Below, one piece after another: positions 59,114 to 64,000 of a stretch of 64,000 nt of DNA. Source of the stretch: Collinsella sp. Its GTDB lineage: Bacteria > Actinomycetota > Coriobacteriia > Coriobacteriales > Coriobacteriaceae. A program made the translations under genes and the position numbers. The stretch is taken from the NCBI GenBank assembly GCA_019414055.1, contig DXMV01000025.1, positions 41,295 through 105,294 of the forward strand, given 5' to 3'. Within the stretch, counting starts at the first letter, position 1, and every line of letters starts with the position of its first letter. The notes below the pieces were generated by a model. The model was not told the origin of the DNA, made no database searches, and saw nothing but the letters and a program-made list of their open reading frames with translations.

Positions 59114-61609
59114 TTAGAGGTAGCGACCGGTGATGCTCTTGGAGCAGGCCGCGATGTCGCCCGGCGTGCCGGCGCAGACGACTCGCCCGCCCGCATCGCC
59201 ACCGCCCGGGCCCATATCGATCACATAATCGGCATTACGGATAAGGTCGAGATCGTGTTCGATCACGACAACTGTGGCGCCCTTGGCGACGAGGCCGTCA
59301 AACACACCCAGCAACACCTGAACATCGAGCGGATGCAGGCCGATCGTGGGCTCGTCAAATACGAATACGGCATCGTCCTGCACGCGGCCCATCTCGCTCG
59401 CAAGCTTAAGACGCTGCGCCTCGCCGCCCGAAAGCGCCGGCGTGGGCTCACCGAGCGTGAGATAACCCAAGCCCAGGTCGTGCAAGGTCTGCAAGCGCGC
59501 CTGTACCTTTTTGAGTCCCAGCGTGGCGTCGAGGGCCTCGTCCACACTCATGTCCATGAGCTGCGGCAACGTCAGTAAGCTCCCGTCCTTGCCCTCGCGA
59601 TGGATATGCGAAGCCGCGTCTGCATAACGTGAGCCGCGACATGCCGGACAGACGATCTCGACGTCGGGCAAAAACTGCACGTCGAGCGATATCGAACCCG
59701 TGCCATCGCACGTAGGGCAGCGCAAAGCGCCAGTGTTGTAGCTAAATGCGCCTGCCTTGTAGCCGGCTGCCTTGGCCTCGGGCGTGCGGGCGAAGGCGCG
59801 ACGCAGTTCATCATGGATGTCGGCATAAGTCGCTACCGTCGAACGCACGTTGGCACCGATGGGCGTGGCGTCTATCAGGTTGGCACGTGCAATGCCCTCG
59901 GCATCGACCCAACGCACGTGTTTTGGCAGGCGCTCGCTGGCTGCCTGCGCCTTAAGTGCCGGGATGAGTGTCTCGAGCACCAACGTCGTCTTACCCGAAC
60001 CCGAAACGCCCGTCACCGCGACAAGGCGACCGCGCGGTATATCGACTTCGAGCGGTTTGACGGTATGGATGGCATCGGTCGCCATGCGGATATGGCCCCG
60101 GTCAAACATTTCGTCGTCAGGCACCTGCGGACGCAAGCGCTCAGGCTCCGAGCGCAAAAATGGGGCGATGCGGCTGCCCTGCGATTGTTCGACCTCGTCC
60201 ACCGTGCCAGCGGCAATCACATTACCGCCGCCTGCTCCGGCAATGGGGCCCATCTCGACCAGATAGTCGGCTTCTGCCAGCACGCGCGTATCGTGATCGA
60301 CAACGACCACGGTGTTGCCGTCATCTACCAAATCGCGCATCACGCCTACCAAGCCGTCGACATTGGCAGGATGCAGACCGATCGAGGGCTCGTCGAGCAC
60401 ATACAACACGCCCGTCGATCGGTTGCGCACCACGCGGGCGAGTTGCACGCGTTGGCGCTCACCCGTGGACAGCGTGGCGCCGGCGCGATCGAGCGAAAGG
60501 TAATCGAGACCCAGATCGACCAGACGACGGGCCGCGCCCAAAAACGAATCGCAGATATCCGTCGCCATGGGCCGCATCTCGGTCGGCAAGGATTCGGGCA
60601 CGCCGCGCACCCACTCAATTGCCTCGCCCAGCGTCATGGCCGCCGCCTGCGCCAGATTGATACCGCGCACCTGGGGCTGGCGCGCAGCCTCGGAGAGACG
60701 CGTGCCGCCGCAGTCTCGGCATGACCCCTCGCGCAAAAAGCGTACCACGCGTTTGAGCCCCTTATCGTCCTTAACCTTGGCGAGTGCATTCTCGACGGTA
60801 TAGACGGCGTTGTAATAGGTGAAGTCGAGCGGCGTGGCGCCCTCGCCGTTTTTGGGAACGTAGAGAATGTGTTTCTTAACCGCCGGACCGTGGAACACGA
60901 TGTCGCGCTCTTGAGGCGTGAGCTGGTTAAACGGCACGTCGGTGCGCACGCCCATCTCGCCGGCTACCTGCTTCATCAGATCCCACATGAGCGTACCCCA
61001 GGGAAGCACCGCGCCTTCGTTGATGGTCTTTGACTCGTCGGGCACCAGGCTCGTTTCGTCCACCTCGCGCATGACACCGGTGCCGCCGCAGGTAGGGCAC
61101 GCACCGCCGCTGTTAAAGGCAAGGTCCTCGGCACTCGGCGCGTAGAACTCGCGGCCGCATGCGGGGCACGTGAGCGACAGGCCCGCAGCCACGTTAAGGC
61201 TCGGCTCCACACGCGCCCCGCAATGTGGGCACACGTGATGGGCACAGCGGCTAAAGAGCAAACGCAGACTGTTGTTGAGCTCGGTCATGGTACCAAAGGT
61301 CGAGCGCACGCCTGGCACACTGGGACGCTGATGCAACGCGAGTGCCGCCGGTACGTGCAATACCTCGTCCACCTGGGCGTGCTCGGCCTGCGTCAGGCGA
61401 CGTCGAGTATAGGTGCTGAGCGCCTCCAGGTAACGGCGCGAGCCCTCGGCATAAAGAACTCCCAGCGCCAGCGAGCTCTTGCCCGAGCCCGACACGCCGG
61501 CAATGCCCACGAGCCTCCCCAGCGGAATATCGATATCGATGTCCTTGAGATTGTGGACACGTGCACCGCGCACCTCGATAGCCTGCGGGCTCATCTTCTG
61601 TTCTGCCAC
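59114..61609 (-). CDS. UvrA-like ABC ATPase (class II / UvrA2 type)
   Basis: Two GVSGSGK Walker A motifs, LSTGE and LSGGE signatures, zinc fingers; shorter than canonical UvrA; start codon uncertain. Confidence 0.85.
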   Translation of the reverse strand: MAEQKMSPQAIEVRGARVHNLKDIDIDIPLGRLVGIAGVSGSGKSSLALGVLYAEGSRRYLEALSTYTRRRLTQAEHAQVDEVLHVPAALALHQRPSVPGVRSTFGTMTELNNSLRLLFSRCAHHVCPHCGARVEPSLNVAAGLSLTCPACGREFYAPSAEDLAFNSGGACPTCGGTGVMREVDETSLVPDESKTINEGAVLPWGTLMWDLMKQVAGEMGVRTDVPFNQLTPQERDIVFHGPAVKKHILYVPKNGEGATPLDFTYYNAVYTVENALAKVKDDKGLKRVVRFLREGSCRDCGGTRLSEAARQPQVRGINLAQAAAMTLGEAIEWVRGVPESLPTEMRPMATDICDSFLGAARRLVDLGLDYLSLDRAGATLSTGERQRVQLARVVRNRSTGVLYVLDEPSIGLHPANVDGLVGVMRDLVDDGNTVVVVDHDTRVLAEADYLVEMGPIAGAGGGNVIAAGTVDEVEQSQGSRIAPFLRSEPERLRPQVPDDEMFDRGHIRMATDAIHTVKPLEVDIPRGRLVAVTGVSGSGKTTLVLETLIPALKAQAASERLPKHVRWVDAEGIARANLIDATPIGANVRSTVATYADIHDELRRAFARTPEAKAAGYKAGAFSYNTGALRCPTCDGTGSISLDVQFLPDVEIVCPACRGSRYADAASHIHREGKDGSLLTLPQLMDMSVDEALDATLGLKKVQARLQTLHDLGLGYLTLGEPTPALSGGEAQRLKLASEMGRVQDDAVFVFDEPTIGLHPLDVQVLLGVFDGLVAKGATVVVIEHDLDLIRNADYVIDMGPGGGDAGGRVVCAGTPGDIAACSKSITGRYL

Positions 61610-61619
61610 CTTTATCACC

Positions 61620-62738
61620 CTACTCGTGCCATAAAACGCGGTCGCGGATATACTCGCCCAGCATGGGCACGGTAAACCGCACAAGGCCGTATCCGGCGGC
61701 CTCGATGACGCGCTCGCGAATCAGGCTTGCGCGATATTTACTCGCCCAGCTCTGGGTACGGTCGCAGCGCTCAATGATATCCGCCGTGCGCGTCGGCTTG
61801 TCCTCGTCAACCGCCATAGCCTCGATAAAGAGGCGCTGAGGGCTGCGCAGACCGTAATACAGAGGTGCGTCAACCGCTTCGTAGAACTCGGAGACGGCAT
61901 CCGCATGGCCATTCTCGACATCGCGCCTTTCGATGACCTGCGAGCCACGCCGGACAGCAGACCGCCACATGTAATAGCCCACCAGCTGAACCATATAGGG
62001 ATGCCCCATGCTCTTGCGCGCCGCAAGGTCCGCCGTCTCCGCGTCAACGTAAAGACCAGCGTCTTTGACCGTCTGGATATACGAATCGCGCACTTTGGGC
62101 AAAGATATTGCCCCCAACGTACGCTGCTGGGCACGCCGCAAAAACGTCACGCTCGGCTCTTCGAGCAGATCGTCAACCATACTGGGCAAGCCGGCGAACG
62201 CCAGCGCAAGACCGCGCTGGTCGCTATCGGGCAAGCCCGTGGCATCCTGGTCTCCGAGCACCTGCTGATAGAGGACGGCAAGAGCCGCCAGTTCCTCGAT
62301 AGACACCGATTGTGCCTCGTCAATCGCAAACAAGACGCCCTTGCCCGGACCGAGCTTCTTGAGACGCTCGTTGACCAGCCCTCGCAATGTCTCGCCTTTT
62401 GCCCGCGCCGCCTCGACCGACATCCGGCCAAACGACGGCCCAAACTCCATTGACGTCACAACGGGTTTATTCGAGCGAAGCGCGTCGGCCAAGCGGTCGC
62501 ACAAACCAAGCGAAGCGGAATCGGAGACAACCGCCCATCCGCGCTCGCTGGCTAGACGTTGCAGCTCCCGCAGGAGAACCGTTTTGCCACAGCCGCGGTT
62601 TCCCGTAATGAGCATGAGCCTGCCCGGCGCTCCGGCGCCGTTGTCGAGCCCTTCCTCAAAATCTTCGATGACCGACTCGCGACCGATGAGTATCGGAGGC
62701 CGCTTACCAGCTGTGGGCTTAAAGGGATTTGGATTCAT
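61620..62738 (-). CDS. AAA/STAND-like ATPase with C-terminal wHTH
   Basis: NPF.P...P..LIGRE, GNRGCGKT, IDEAQ, GHPYMVQL, YRASLI. Confidence 0.8.
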   Translation of the reverse strand: MNPNPFKPTAGKRPPILIGRESVIEDFEEGLDNGAGAPGRLMLITGNRGCGKTVLLRELQRLASERGWAVVSDSASLGLCDRLADALRSNKPVVTSMEFGPSFGRMSVEAARAKGETLRGLVNERLKKLGPGKGVLFAIDEAQSVSIEELAALAVLYQQVLGDQDATGLPDSDQRGLALAFAGLPSMVDDLLEEPSVTFLRRAQQRTLGAISLPKVRDSYIQTVKDAGLYVDAETADLAARKSMGHPYMVQLVGYYMWRSAVRRGSQVIERRDVENGHADAVSEFYEAVDAPLYYGLRSPQRLFIEAMAVDEDKPTRTADIIERCDRTQSWASKYRASLIRERVIEAAGYGLVRFTVPMLGEYIRDRVLWHE

Positions 62739-62770
62739 ATCGGCCTCCTCGGATTGGCAAACCCTGGTAA

Positions 62771-62802
62771 CAGTTATACCAACTTATACTGAGTTATACC
62801 AA
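62771..62802. promoter_or_regulatory. Three 10-bp phased direct repeats upstream of the ATPase
   Basis: CAGTTATACC AACTTATACT GAGTTATACC. Confidence 0.55.
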
Positions 62803-62805
62803 TAG

Positions 62806-62838
62806 CATGTGACAAAGGGGCTGTCCCTTTGTCACATG
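62806..62838. repeat. REP-like palindrome, copy 2
   Basis: CATGTGACAAAGGGG-CTGT-CCCTTTGTCACATG; contains the GTPase stop codon. Confidence 0.8.
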
Positions 62839-64000
62839 TGGCCGAAAAACTCGGCGTCTGCTGCTCGCCAGGGACGGAAGGTGGCGGGATCGATCTTTAC
62901 GTGCGCTGCGGCGGGCACGTCATACCATTTGACCGTGTAGCCGGCGCCGTGAGAGCAAAAGACCGAGTCGGGCGTGTTGGGCAGATCGGCCTCGGGCTCA
63001 TAGGCGGCCGTCTCGATTACGCGCTCGGCATCATGGCAAGCCGCATAACCGGCGAACTCCAGGTACAGATGACCGCGCCCGCTCGTGTAGGCAGCCACCT
63101 CCAGCGCGTAATCCTGCACCTCGGATGCCGGCACGCGACCCACAAGCTTCGCTCGGTCTCCCGCCATCGTCGGCGGCTCGTACTCGGCACCCATGCGTGT
63201 GGCATCTGACAACGCCCGGCCCACGCACTCCCCCGGCACCTCGAGCTCAAAGTGGTACCACGGCTCCAGCAACACGTCTGCGCCGACCTCGCGCGCCTGC
63301 ATCAAACCCTGGCGAATCGCGCGATACGTGGCCTGGCGAAAATCGCCGCCCTCGGTGTGTTTGGCATGCGCGCGGCCGCCCGTGAGCGTAATGCGCACAT
63401 CGGTGATGGACGAGCCCGTCAGCACGCCCAGGTGGTCGCGCTCCATAGCGTTGGTGAGTGCCAAACGCTGCCAGTTAAGATCGAGCTCGTCGGTCGAGGT
63501 CACGGTGCCAAACTGCACACCCGAACCCGCCGGCAACGGCTCCAGGCGCAGATGCACCTCGGCATAGTGGCGCAGCGGCTCAAAGTGGCCCACGCCCTCG
63601 ACCGGCCGCGAAATAGTCTCCTTATAGAGAATGCCGCCGGGCTCAAACGCAACCGAAAGGCCAAAGCGATCGGCCAACACCCGCTGCACGACCTCGAGTT
63701 GCACGGCGCCCATCAACTGCAAATGGATCTGCTCAAGATGCGTATTCCAGCTTACGCCGAGCATGGGATCTTCGTCCGCCAACTCACTCAGCGCTTTAAA
63801 CACCGCATGAACGTCGTGTTCGCCCGGCAGCACCGTATAGGTGAGGACCGGAGCGATGACGGGCGCATCGCCCGCGGGCTCCGTGCCCAGGGCGTCCCCT
63901 GGGCGAACGTGCGCAAGACCCGTCACGGCGCAAATACCGCCAGCAGCAACTTCTTGGGCAAGCTCATACTTCTCGCCGTTATAGATGCGTACCTGATCGA
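62832..64000 (-). CDS. TetM/EF-G-like translational GTPase, 5' part outside the window
   Basis: EDPML, MGAVQLEV, YKETI, GHFEPLRHYAEV, HTEGGDFRQA, LLEPWY, SVFCSHGAG. Confidence 0.85.
   Translation of the reverse strand, partial: DQVRIYNGEKYELAQEVAAGGICAVTGLAHVRPGDALGTEPAGDAPVIAPVLTYTVLPGEHDVHAVFKALSELADEDPMLGVSWNTHLEQIHLQLMGAVQLEVVQRVLADRFGLSVAFEPGGILYKETISRPVEGVGHFEPLRHYAEVHLRLEPLPAGSGVQFGTVTSTDELDLNWQRLALTNAMERDHLGVLTGSSITDVRITLTGGRAHAKHTEGGDFRQATYRAIRQGLMQAREVGADVLLEPWYHFELEVPGECVGRALSDATRMGAEYEPPTMAGDRAKLVGRVPASEVQDYALEVAAYTSGRGHLYLEFAGYAACHDAERVIETAAYEPEADLPNTPDSVFCSHGAGYTVKWYDVPAAAHVKIDPATFRPWRAADAEFFGHM

Noticed and set aside
62832..64000. Tetracycline resistance gene
   Set aside because: Motifs fit the chromosomal TetM-like GTPase family, host-like codon usage and no mobile context; resistance is not supported

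Overview
GC-rich chromosomal segment of a gut Coriobacteriia bacterium, most likely Collinsella (inferred from gene content and codon style, not from a search). It holds about 50 CDS and no rRNA, tRNA, CRISPR array, integrase or transposase. Housekeeping blocks: pdxR-pdxST, TPP riboswitch-thiM-ykoF-thiE, metE-like with a MtaR-type LysR, bsh, kup, two nucleobase permeases, ADH/ALDH, rubrerythrin, two c-di-GMP proteins, CobW, trmL, uvrA-like and a TetM-like GTPase. Top observations: (1) a tRNA-modification cluster with an Elp3 radical-SAM/KAT enzyme, a methyltransferase bearing Trm9/ALKBH8-like motifs and trmB, suggesting a eukaryote/archaea-type cm5U to mcm5U34 pathway in a bacterium; (2) a DUF559/Vsr-like nuclease gene bracketed by two 123-bp direct repeats, each with terminal inverted repeats that supply the stop codon of the gene running into it, a candidate undescribed mobile unit; (3) a TerB-N/C + BrxD-like ATPase + Lhr helicase candidate defence operon with a LexA-box-like site in its promoter; (4) a 2.07-kb tandem duplication of sortase-anchored surface proteins that re-creates the 3' end of the neighbouring permease gene; (5) an acidic/wHTH/RGG-tail protein; (6) an XRE-AlaA fusion with an internal ribosome-binding site. 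All family assignments come from motif reading and need HMM confirmation.
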